From positions 379,877 through 443,876 of the forward strand of contig JAIVFI010000043.1 in NCBI GenBank assembly GCA_025558095.1: a stretch of 64,000 nucleotides of DNA. Reading direction: 5' to 3'. Source of the DNA: Hyaloraphidium curvatum SAG 235-1. Lineage: Eukaryota > Fungi > Monoblepharomycota. Made by a program: the position numbers and the translations under genes. The notes under the pieces are model-generated. The model ran no database searches. It saw nothing but the letters and a program-made list of their open reading frames with translations, and was not told the DNA's origin. Positions 23,041 to 33,583 of the stretch are shown here, piece by piece (the first letter of the stretch is position 1; each line of letters starts with the position of its first letter).

Positions 23041-24359
23041 ATGAATCGCACTCCAATATCCGCGGCCGAAGCCGCCATGCCGCCGCGCAGGCGGGAGACG
23101 CTCCCCGCGGGGGCTCCGTCCCGCTCGCCGCCGGCGGCACCGCCCTCCCCGGTGTCCGCGCCCGCCGAGGGCCGCGCCCGCCGCAAGCTCTACCGGACGC
23201 TGCAGCACTCGATCGGCTCCGGCAGCCAGGGCGCCGTGCGGCTCGCGATGGGCCCGCCCGGCGTGTGCGCGATAAAGTCCGTCGAGACGCCGGCGGGCGA
23301 CGCCGATGCCGACGAGGTCGTGCGGAGGATGCGGGCGGTTTTCGCAATCAGGCCGGAGCACCCCGGCGTCGTGCGGCTGCTCGACTTCTTCCGGACGAGG
23401 AGCAAGGCGTACTTTGTCCACGAGTACTGCGCCGGCGGGGTGGGCGGTCCCCGGTTGCGGGAAGTGGCAAGCATGTGACTGACGCCGGAGTTGCAGGACC
23501 TGGCGGCCTACCTCGCCCGCAGCGCGGGGCCCGTGGGCGAGGAGGAGGCCCGCGACATCACCTTTGCCATCCTGTCGGCGCTGTGCTGGCTGCACGCCCA
23601 CGGGATCGTGCACAGGGACCTGAAGCCGGCCAACGTGCTATTGAGGGACGCCGCCCGCCCCGCAGATACCCTGTGCCTCGCCGACTTCGGCAGCGCCTTT
23701 GTCGAAGATCCGGGAGACGATGAAGAGGACCCGGAGAGGACGGTGCCGGGCGAACCGGGTTCCCCGGCAACTGTCTACTCGGGGCTGGCGTCTCCCGGAA
23801 GCAGCTCCGGTCTTTCCGGGCCGTTCCCCAGGACACGCCGCGGTTCAAGCTCGAGCTTCACCGCGATGCAGACCCTAGCAGGCAAGCGCAGTCCCCGTTC
23901 TTGCCCTCCTTCAGCCCTGACCTCTGCCTTGCAGGCACCCCCTTCTACCTCCCCCCCGAAATCATCCGCGGCCTCCCCTACGGCCCCGGCGTCGACATGT
24001 GGTCCCTCGGCTGCATCGTCTACGAGCTCCTCTTTGGCCGCCACCCCTTCCAGGTCGTCGGCAGCTTCCGGGAGCTGTACCAGCGCATCGGCCGTGCGGA
24101 CTACGAGATCCCCGTGGACCGGCCCGTCTCCCCGGACGCGGCATCCTTCATCCGCGCGCTGCTGGCAGCGGACCCCGAAGCGCGGATGTCGGCCGAGGAG
24201 GCGACCGCGCATCCCTGGATGGCCGGCGCGGCGGGAACGCGCGCGGCGGAGGGAGAGGAGGGCTACGCGGTGGTCCTGAACGAGCTGGGCGAGCTGGTGC
24301 TCGCGGACCTGGATGCGGCGGACGACAGCGGGTACCTGTCGCGCAAGGGGAGCGGGTGA
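23041..24359 (+). CDS. Ser/Thr protein kinase (CAMK-like), paralog 3 of 4
   Basis: GSGSQGAV, CAIK, HRDLKPAN, DFG, PPE; second intron is GC-AG (23882-23934); closest to paralog 2. Confidence 0.9.
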
Positions 24360-24502
24360 TGGGTGCCGCGTCGGCGTGCGGCCGGGCTGCTGTTGGCCGG
24401 CGGGCAGGAAAGAGGGGGTGTCGCGCGCGGCATGGGACCGAGAGCGTGCGGGCGTGTGTTTGCCTGCGATAAAGGATGACCATACACATTCGATTTTCCA
24501 AG

Positions 24503-25818
24503 TCAGAGCTCTACCGTATTGCAATGTCCCGGGACGAGATACCAGTAGCTATCCAAAACAGGGTATAGTACTGCTGTCTGGTCAGCGAGGGTGCACATGT
24601 TCGCACTCGCGACGCATAAGCAGTTGCCGATGACGGCCCCGGATGGATTCTGCGTCCAGGACGAGTAAGCGTAGTAGGGGACCGTCAGCCCATTGCCCTT
24701 GGCAAAGTTGTGGGGCAGGTTCGCACATGCGGCTGCGCAGCGCTGCGCACAGGTGGACCGCGGGGTGCCCGTGTCGCAGACCCAATCCGGGGCACCCATG
24801 ATGACGGGGAGGGCGCCAGAGAAGAGGCAGAGCTTGCCGGGGCCGAGGCCGAAAGAGGCAGTCTGGTCGACGGTGTTAGCCGCGTCGCCGCCGCAGGCGC
24901 TCGAGGGGCAGTCCGAGTCCTTGGTGCACGGGATGGCCACCGCCGTCGTGGAGGTGGCACGGCGGGTGGAGGTGGCACGGCGGGTGGTCGTGGCTTTCTT
25001 CTTGGACGTGGTCTTCAAGCTCTTCCCCTTGGTCGTCGTGCGCTTCCTTGTTGTGGGGCGCTTCCCGGCCGTCGTATACCGCCTGCCCGCGATGGGAAAA
25101 TTGCCCAGGTCGCTCCTAACGACCGGGTGCTTGGCTGCATTCGCGGGTCAGGGAGGGGAATGTGCGGACGCGCGGGTATCCTACCGAGCGCATTGCGAAT
25201 GGGGGCACATGCCCAGTAGCAGTAGATTGACGTCGTAGCTCCCGTTAGGTCGCACGTCGTCTCGAAGTGAATGTTGAGCGCGTTTGCCCAATCGGCGAGG
25301 TACCCGATCCTCGTGCTCTTGTCCCACGGGGTAGCGCAGCCGGGCACGCTCCCTGGCCTCGGTCCGTCGTAGCGGAAGCCCAGCGAGTTGATCGGCGTCG
25401 CCGTCGAACCAGACAGCTTGCTCCTCGGAACGGTGAGGGCATTGTAGAAGGCGTCATCGCCGTTGGGGACGCCGAGGATGCCCCTGTACGACGGCAGCCG
25501 CGACAGCGGCACGGCCACGCAGAAGGTGGTCTGGAAGTAGGCGATGGGGTTGGCCGAGGGACCGACCGGGACGCAGGAGGCCAGGGCGGCAGCGAAGGTG
25601 GCCGGCCCGCCGGGCGGGCACGGCAGACGCTCCGGCGGGCCGAGCCGGACGTCGATGTTCGTGAGCGTCGCGGGGCGGCAGCCGGGTGCGCTCGCCGGCG
25701 AGCTGAACGAGAGGAAGTACGCCGCGAGAGTCGCGGCAGACGCCGGGGCAGGTGCGCCGAGCGCGGCGAGCAGTGCGAGCGCGAGCGGCGCGAGCGGCGC
25801 GAGGCGGAGGGCGGCCAT
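24503..25818 (-). CDS. Secreted Cys-rich protein: two unknown domains joined by a Lys/Arg/Thr-rich linker
   Basis: Signal peptide MAALRLAPLAPLALALLAALGAPAPASA; one intron near 25134-25183 joins ORFs 25015..25863 and 24503..25018. Confidence 0.7.
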
Positions 25819-26477
25819 ATCGGCCGTCGACCGCAGTGTTGAAAGGAGACCGTCGCGGGGCACCGCTGACGAGCTTCACGGCCGTGCCGAAAGGAGGGTG
25901 CTCCAAACTGCGCCACGCCAAGCCAGGTGGAAGATGATGCCGAGCCAGTTGAAAGAAAACCGAACCCAACCGACGAATCGGCAGAAGCTGACGTCTAAAA
26001 CTCTCCGTGTCGAGTCTTCCGATCCATACACTGCGTTTGCGGAGACTTGGGCCGCGCCCACGGTAGTTCTTCGAAACACCAACCACCTCGAGTGCCGCGA
26101 TCTCCGCTCTGCTCACCCGCGAATAATAGCCGTTGACCCGGCTAACCCGTCCCCCCTATGATCGCTTGCGACCCATTTCGCCATCTGCGTTGTATTGCTG
26201 CTTGTCCTCCCGATGTCCTTCTCGATGAACGCTGCCGCCGAAAAGTAGGGTCCCGCAGGCATTACCGCGAACGACAAGTTGCGAAGGAGGCTCACATGCA
26301 CAAAGTGGAGCTTTGCCCTCCCTGCTTCGGGTGGCACGAAGTCGGTGAGCGGCGCGGCAGCGTCTACGGCCAAATATCCACGGATGCGTTGGACCTCGTC
26401 CTTTGCCACTAGGCGCATCTTCCCCAACCGGCCGACCCCAGCTCCTGTTTGAACTCGCCTCCGGCCCGCGCAGCACG

Positions 26478-27859
26478 ATGACCAGTAGCCTCCCTGCCGG
26501 TCTCGAGCAGCCCGCGCCCCTCCGCGAGGGCGAAGCCCCGCGCAACTGGGCCACCGTGTTGACCGGCACAAAGAAGATTGCAAAGGAGCCCCGCGCGTTC
26601 CCCGTGCGTCCGCCGCGGCCTCCTCTCGTTGAAATCGTTCTAAGATCGTTCCAGGATGATCCGCCGGAGGGATTCGTGCAGGTCAACATCAAGCGCTGCG
26701 GGATTTGGTGCGTGGCGCCGGGAGACGCTGGGAGACACTCGTGACCTGACGGCGCGCGCAGCGGAAGCGACCTGCACGTTTGGGAGGGCGTTGACATGAA
26801 TGCAAAGAAGTCCGGGTACCCTCTGCCCATGGGTGGGTGGCTCGGAAGGCGGTCCAGCGGCCCTTCGATTGAACTCCGCGCTCACCCAGTGATGGGCCAC
26901 GAGGCCTCGGGGATCGTCACCAAGCTCGGCCCCAAGGTGGACACCCTCAAGGTCGGGCAGGCCGTCGCGGTGATGCCGTGGACCTACTTCGGCCTCCTGG
27001 CCACGCACATAAACCACCCCGCCGCGCTCTGCTTGCCGCTCCCCGAGGGCGTGTCGCTGGAGGAGGGCGCCTACACGGAGCCGCTCGCTGTCGGGCTGAA
27101 CGCGGCGCGGAGGGCCAAGGTGGAGGAGGGGAGCACGGTGCTGATCATCGGCTCGGGGAGCGTGGGGCTCGCGGCGCTCGCCTGCTCGCTGGCCATGGGC
27201 GCGAAGAAGGTGGTCGTGACGGACCTGTCGGAGTCGAGGCTCGAGGCGGCGAGGAACTGCGGTGCCACGGCCACGGTCAACACCACGGGACTGGATCCGA
27301 TGGAGGCGGCTTACAAGGTCGCCGAGGCGGTGACGGGGAAGCCGTACGTCAAGGGCGAGGCGCCGCTCGGGTTCGAGGTCGGCGTCATGGAGAACGTCGT
27401 GGACTGCGTCATCGACGCGGCCGGGTTCTCGTCCTCCGTCATGGTGGGTTGCCCTGGCGTTGCGCGCACTGGATGGGAAGCTCAACCCGACCGCCTCGGA
27501 CCAGACCGCCGTCTACGCCGTCAAGCCCGGCGGCTCCATCTCCATCGTCGGCCTCGGCTCCAGCCTCCCCACCGTGCCCATCCTCTCCGCCACCATCAAG
27601 GAGGCCAACATCTACGGCGCCTTCGGGTACGGGGCCACTGGCTACGCGGACGCCCTGAAGATGATCGGGGAGAGGAAGGTTGACGTGTCGAAGCTGGTGA
27701 GCCACAGGTTGCCGATGGACAAGGTGCAGTACGGATACGAGATTTGTCACGGGACCAAGGACGGGGCGGTCAAGGTGGGTCGCCGTGGACGCGCGTTTGG
27801 GGTGCATGTGGACTAATGGAGGCCGTCATTAGGTCATCTTCTCGACGGACGAGGAGTAG
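26478..27859 (+). CDS. Zinc-dependent sorbitol/xylitol dehydrogenase-like MDR, multi-exon
   Basis: GIC|GSDLH, GHEASG, EPLAVG, GSGSVG, DAAG, LVSHRLP, VK|VIF. Confidence 0.85.
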
Positions 27860-28041
27860 CTTGACAAGGCAAACCTTGAGACAGAACATGAATCGTGTTA
27901 GCCAGTCGCCCTTACATAGAGCCCGAAAGGCAGTTTCAATCAACGAGTATCAATACCCAAGACTTGTCTCCGACGCGAGCAAACCGCCCGGCCGAGCAAC
28001 AGCACGTTCCCCTGCAGCACGAGCTCGGGAGAGTCCCGCTT

Positions 28042-28676
28042 TCAGGCGGTGCCGCCCTTCCCGTTCTGAAACGTCGGCGCAAGCCCCCCACCCGCCAGGC
28101 CGGCGGCCATCTTGTTGTCCATGATGATCTTTACGGGTGAGTTTTGGTTGTAGCGCACTTCTACCCACACCCTGGACGGAGGCAGGTCAGCGACAGGCGG
28201 GCAGGTCAGCGACAGGCGGGCCAGCAAGGCGGCCGATCTCACTTCTCGACGACGCTCGGTTCCCTCGCCGCCTTTTCCCGGGCCCGCTCGGCCAGGACGT
28301 GCCCCGGAAGGTCCACCCTGCCGTTCCGCACCCCAGTCTTGATCCTAGCCGTGTCTCCGTGCCTCCTCGGCTTGAGCAGCGCCTGCACCGACGCCGCCAC
28401 CGACTCGGCCAGCGACCTCGCGTCGTCGTCCCCGCCCTTCCACAGCGAGCGCCGGATCTTCTCGGCGAGCGTGCGCTCAATGTCCCCGTCCGATGCCGCG
28501 GCGAGCTCCGGCCGCAGCGTGCCCTCCCCGCGTGCCACTGCCCGCAGGCCGGAATCGACAACAATGTGCGCGTAGTCGTCGACAAAGTCGTCCACCGTCT
28601 CGGCGCGGGCCTGCGGGGGCGCGCCCAGCACGCCGTGCGACACCTCGCGGCGGTTGGAGGAGTGGGAGCCGGCCAT
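28042..28676 (-). CDS. Small orphan protein, paralog of 39057-39633 (2 exons)
   Basis: AET.DDF, LRP, LAERAREKA and exon 2 W.E.RYN.NSP.KI..DNK shared with the paralog; same phase-2 intron. Confidence 0.7.
28181..28218. repeat. Perfect 19-bp tandem duplication inside an intron
   Basis: ggcaggtcagcgacaggcg x2. Confidence 0.9.
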
Positions 28677-29352
28677 CGTGTCGGGAGACGGGGGTGGGTG
28701 CAAGGGCAGCGGCGGTGCGGCGTGCTCGTTTGACGCGGAGTAACCAACTCCCGAACCCTTCGATGAGGCGACAGGCACCGATGCACGGGCACAGACCAAT
28801 GGAATTCGATGCAGATTAACAGATTCTGGTATACGATCGGGATTCGGGGTGGGATTCGCGCGGCTGCCTTAATAGGGCAATTGCAGGACGCCCCGAGCTC
28901 CCGCACTGGATTCGATCGAAGCCAACGGATAGGACCAACTAGGCATTTCGTTGGCGATGAACTAACAGCACATTAGTTTACGATCCTGAGTCCGATCGGG
29001 GTCTCTTGCGCGCCTTGTCGCCGTCAAGAGCAGTCGATACCGCGCGCCCAATCACCGCGCACCCTGCCCTAGCCAGTCGTATAGACTGCGGACGCTACCG
29101 CTCACTTCAAGGAGAAGTTGATGTTCATTCTCTCTGTCATCCATCCCAACTCGACAAAACCAGTTGCCTTTCTTGCCAAACATCTTCTCAGCAACGCAGC
29201 TGCAGATCGAACGTGCTCTTCAGGTGCGCGCCACCATCTACTCGGAGGGCGACGGCGGTGACCGAGTAAGATAAGACCGGCAAGGAATTCAGTCAGTCAG
29301 ACATGGGCTGGTGGGGTTCCGCCCCGACGAAAAAGCACCCTCTCTCTCCCGA

Positions 29353-31623
29353 ATGGCCCTCGCGCGCGCCGTGCTGCATTCGCCTCTGCTTTTCGGCGTG
29401 GCCGTTCTGCTGGCAGCAGCCGTCCCGGCCGCGCGGGCGGCGTCGGTGGTCGAGGTCTCGTGCGGGCAGGAACACGCGCTCGCCCTGCTGGACAACGGGA
29501 CCGCGCTCGCCTTCGGCGCCAACTACGACACGCAGCTCGACGCGGGCAGGTCGCTGGACGGCGTCAGGCATGTCGCTGCTGGGGCGAACCACTCGATGGT
29601 GCTCTTCTCAACCGGCAAGGTGCACGTGTGGGGCTACAACTTCGACGGCCAGACCATGATCCCGGCGGCGGTGCAGAGCGGCATCGTCAAGATCATCGCG
29701 ACGGGCTACGGACACAATCTGGCGGTCACGACGGACGGCAATCTACACTGCTGGGGTTGGCAATCTAACGGCCAATGCACTTTCAACACCACGGGAAGCG
29801 ACTTTCCACGGTGGGCGTACAATGTGCAAGACGTCGCCGGCGGGTCGCAATTCACCGTCGTGCGCATGCCGGAAAACAAGGTCAAGGCATGGGGCCTGCT
29901 TCCCGCGCCGGTGCCGGACAAAATCATCGCCAAACCTGATGTGCTCAATGGCGACGTGGTGGCCATCGCCGCCGGCTACACGCACAGCCTGGCGTGGCTC
30001 AACGACGGGTCGATCGTGTCGTGGGGCGATCCAAAGGTGACCGACCTGAACGTGCCGGCGGACCTGGCGGTGCCCAACTCCAAGGTTATCTCGATTGGGG
30101 CCCGCGCGACCTCCTCGTGGGCGGTGCTCAAGGACGGCACTTTGCGGGTGTGGGGCGCGCTTTCCAATGTTCCGCCGGGGAAGTACACCGGTATGTGCGT
30201 CTCGGGACTCGGCTGGGCGCTGGGCATCACGGCCGAGGGCAAGCTCATGCCGTGGGGCGACCCGAACGCCAAGGTGCCACAGAGGATCCCTCGGGAGCTT
30301 GATGCCCGTTACGTCGCGCCGACACCCACGCCGACCGTGGTAGATGGGGACAGCGGCGGCCCGCCGATCGGCGCGATCGTCGGCGGCGTGGTGGGGGGCC
30401 TCGTTACCCTCCTTGTGGCCGCCGGACTGGCCTACTACCTGGCCCGTCGGAACCGCACCAAGTCTTCAGCGGCGGCTGAACCAGGGGTAGATTACCCGAT
30501 TAGCAACGGCGACGGAAAGCCCGAGGTTGCCACGCGTGAGTCCTTCATTTGCGATCACGGATTGGTGGATCGCTGACCTTGCCTTCCCCAGCTGTTTCGG
30601 CGGCTTCCGACGCCACAGCATACGAGACCATGGCCATGAACACGCTGGTCAAGCCGCCGTCCAAGGCGCCGGTGTCCAACGGCCCTCCGTCCAACGGACC
30701 CTCGACCCTCGCCGTTCCCACCGCCGGATCCAACGCATCCAACAATACGCCGAAGTCGCCCATGTCGCCGCGCCTGCGCATCGATCCCAAGGACCTGAAC
30801 ATCGACTACGGCGCCAAGCTCGGCGACGGCGGGTTCGGCGAGGTGTTTGCGGGGAAGCTGTTCATCACGACGCCGGTGGCGGTCAAGATCATGCGGGCGC
30901 GTGTGGACGACGCGACGCTCAGGGCGTTCGAGAGGGAGGTCACCACTTGGGAGAGCATGATCCACCCCAACGGTGAGCCGTGCTCGCGCTCTTTCGGCAC
31001 CAGGCTCTCACGTTCCGATCGTGCCGCGCACAGTCATGCCTCTCATGGCCTACACCGTGTCCCCCCCGATGCTCATTTCTCCGCTCGCGGTCCAAGGCAA
31101 CCTCCGGAAATACCTCGCCGCCCTCAACTGGCCGCAGCCCGACGGCATCCGCCTCCTGCACGGCGTTGCCCTCGGCATGTCCTTCCTGCACGCCCGCGGC
31201 GTCTTGCACGGGGACCTCAAGTCCCTCAACGTGCTCGTTGACGCCGGCGTGGCCAGGATCACCGATTTCGGGCTGGCGAGGTTCGCCTCGTGGGCGACGA
31301 CGTCGGATGCGGGGCTGCGCGGGACGCCGGCATTCATGTCCCCCGAATCGTTCGACAACGACCCGCCGAGGCCCCCGGCGGACGTGTACGCGTTCGGCAT
31401 GGTGTGCTACGAGGTCGTGTCGCGGGGGAGGCACCCGTTCGAGGAGGCGGGGTCGCTGCCGGTGCTGATGAGGATGGTGCTGGAGGGGCAGAGGCCTGCA
31501 AGGCCCGCGGGGGTGCCGGATAGGCTGTGGAGGCTGATGCAGAGGTGCTGGGTCGAGAAGCCGGAGGATAGGCCGTCGTTCGTGGAGATCGTGGGGGAGC
31601 TGGGGACGATCATTGGAGTTTGA
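29353..31623 (+). CDS. Single-pass receptor-like kinase: signal peptide, RCC1/BLIP-II repeats, TM helix, TKL kinase
   Basis: Repeats such as VAAGANHSMVL..GKVHVWG; TM IGAIVGGVVGGLVTLLVAAGLAYYLA-RR; GDGGFGEV, VAVK, HGDLKSLN, DFG, MSPE; introns 30536-30591 and 30973-31033. Confidence 0.9.
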
Positions 31624-31990
31624 CGGTACCCAGGAGCTGAAAGATTCTAGCTCGATTGCTCGGCATGGAAATAGAAACATCCCCGATGAGAGGAACTTCC
31701 ATTAGTGTCGGGGCGCTCCAGAGGGGGATTCGCGCTACGGGTCGTAGCGTCGCCCCGGGCTGCAACGCGGTTGATTCCAACGAAGCCAACAAATGGGATT
31801 CATCTGGCACTATATTGGCGACGAACTTGCAAACCATGAAGCAGCGATCCTGACTTCATCGTGGTCGGAGCGGATGGGGACCGAGACAAGCCATGCACCG
31901 AGCTTCCATTGGACGCGTCGTCGGGGAGACAGCACCAACACCTCTCGCCCTCCCGAGCGGCTCCTCCCGCGGTGCATCATCGCCGGCTCC

Positions 31991-33466
31991 ATGGCCCCCG
32001 CGCCGGACGCGCCGCTCACCTTCTCGCCGCGGGAATGGCTGGCCCTGTTCCCCGCGGCTCCCCCGAGGAATACGGGCGCGTGTGCCGTGCCGGGCGCCCC
32101 GCCGGCGGACCCGGCCGGGGCGCTGCGTGCTTCGGAGCCGCTGACGCGCGAGGCGCTGCTGGCGGCACTCTCGCCGTCGCCGCTGCTGGCGGGGATGACG
32201 CGCGCGCAGCTCTCCCTGGCGCGATGGGCCGTCCAACGGATTCGCCTGCGGTACTACCTGCTCACGCTGTCGGGCGCCATGCTCCTCGCTGTTGTGTGGC
32301 CGGCCAACGCGGCGCTGGGCAGGTTCACGCCCGGCCAGCTCGGCGTCGGCACCGCTGTTGTTCTTACCAATACGAGCGTGTCCCTCGTGAGCCTGCTTTT
32401 CATTTTCCGGGGTATTGGCGCCCGGTTCGCCTCCCCTGTGGACCTTTCGACGCACCCGCTGGCCGTCTTTGCGCGCTGGGCGCAGCTGTGCTCCGCTGGG
32501 GATCCCGGGGGCACGCTCTCCCCGCTTGTGGCCCACGCAGCTGAAGACTCGCTGTGCCCGTGCTCAGATTGCTCCAGGGACTTGCTCGCCCGTGCGGGCG
32601 CGCTGCGTGTCGCCGAGTTCGTGGCCCGCTTTTCCGCAGCCGCATTCTGGCACTTCGTGTTCCACGCGTGGATGCCTGCCATAACCCTGGGCGCCTACAC
32701 CTGGGCGACGCCGTGGGCCGCCGTCCTCTGCTGCATTTACTTTGCAATCAGTGTCGAGTTCCACGTGACCATGCTGGTCGCCGCGTCGCCCTCCAACATC
32801 GCCGCGCTTCAGCTCTCTCTGCGTCTGCACAACCGAGCCGCGGGGCTTGCGCTGAGTGACATGCTGGGCAGGTACGACCGGCTGCTCCTGGACGCCGCCA
32901 GCATCCCGGGTGACCCACGGGCGCCGGCTTCGGAGCCATACGCCCTGCTGCACGACGGCATCGCGGGCACGTGGCGACGCCGGATCAGCTCCCTCAACTC
33001 GGGCGCGACGGTCGTCTTCGCCTTCGGCATCATTATCGCCGGCACTTTCGTTGTAGGCCTCGCCTCGGGCAACTGCGTCCTCGGCCCCACCCTCTTCCTC
33101 CTCCTCTACACCGTCCTCCTGATCGCAATGGACCTCGCCAACTTCGCCGCCGCCAACTCGCACCCCTCCGCCATCGTCGCGCTCTACGCATCCGCGCGCA
33201 CCTCCCTCCTCCGCATGGGCTGCGCCGCCGCCGCCTCGGCCGCCCCCCCACCCGCGCACGCGAGGGAGCTCGCGGCGGCGCAGGACAGGCTGCTGGGCGC
33301 ATACGTCGCCACCGCGCCGTCCTTCTTCGCGTCGTTCATGGGGTTCCGGGTCAGCGCGGCGGTGTTGCGCAACGCGGCGGCGACGGCGTTCACGCTGGGG
33401 GTCGGGCTGTGGAGCGTGCTCAAGGGGGCCGGGGTGGGGTTCACGATGAACACGACGTGCGGGTGA
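31991..33466 (+). CDS. 7-TM membrane protein of unknown family (candidate GRL/DUF3537-like), intronless
   Basis: Seven hydrophobic segments, CPCSDC in first long loop, C-terminal FMGFRVSAAVLRN..LWSVLKG. Confidence 0.8.
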   Translation: MAPAPDAPLTFSPREWLALFPAAPPRNTGACAVPGAPPADPAGALRASEPLTREALLAALSPSPLLAGMTRAQLSLARWAVQRIRLRYYLLTLSGAMLLAVVWPANAALGRFTPGQLGVGTAVVLTNTSVSLVSLLFIFRGIGARFASPVDLSTHPLAVFARWAQLCSAGDPGGTLSPLVAHAAEDSLCPCSDCSRDLLARAGALRVAEFVARFSAAAFWHFVFHAWMPAITLGAYTWATPWAAVLCCIYFAISVEFHVTMLVAASPSNIAALQLSLRLHNRAAGLALSDMLGRYDRLLLDAASIPGDPRAPASEPYALLHDGIAGTWRRRISSLNSGATVVFAFGIIIAGTFVVGLASGNCVLGPTLFLLLYTVLLIAMDLANFAAANSHPSAIVALYASARTSLLRMGCAAAASAAPPPAHARELAAAQDRLLGAYVATAPSFFASFMGFRVSAAVLRNAAATAFTLGVGLWSVLKGAGVGFTMNTTCG

Positions 33467-33583
33467 CTTGGTCCGCCCTAATGACATGTGTATTGACGTC
33501 AACGCATTGCACAACGAGCAACAACGGTTCCAACTGCGGTCTTCCAAAGGACCAGCCTCCAAGCCATGCACCGCTCCGCCCAC

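Noticed and set aside
33455-33500. Possible selenocysteine read-through at the C-terminal CG-TGA
   Set aside because: The paralog ends at the equivalent position and no SECIS-like element could be identified
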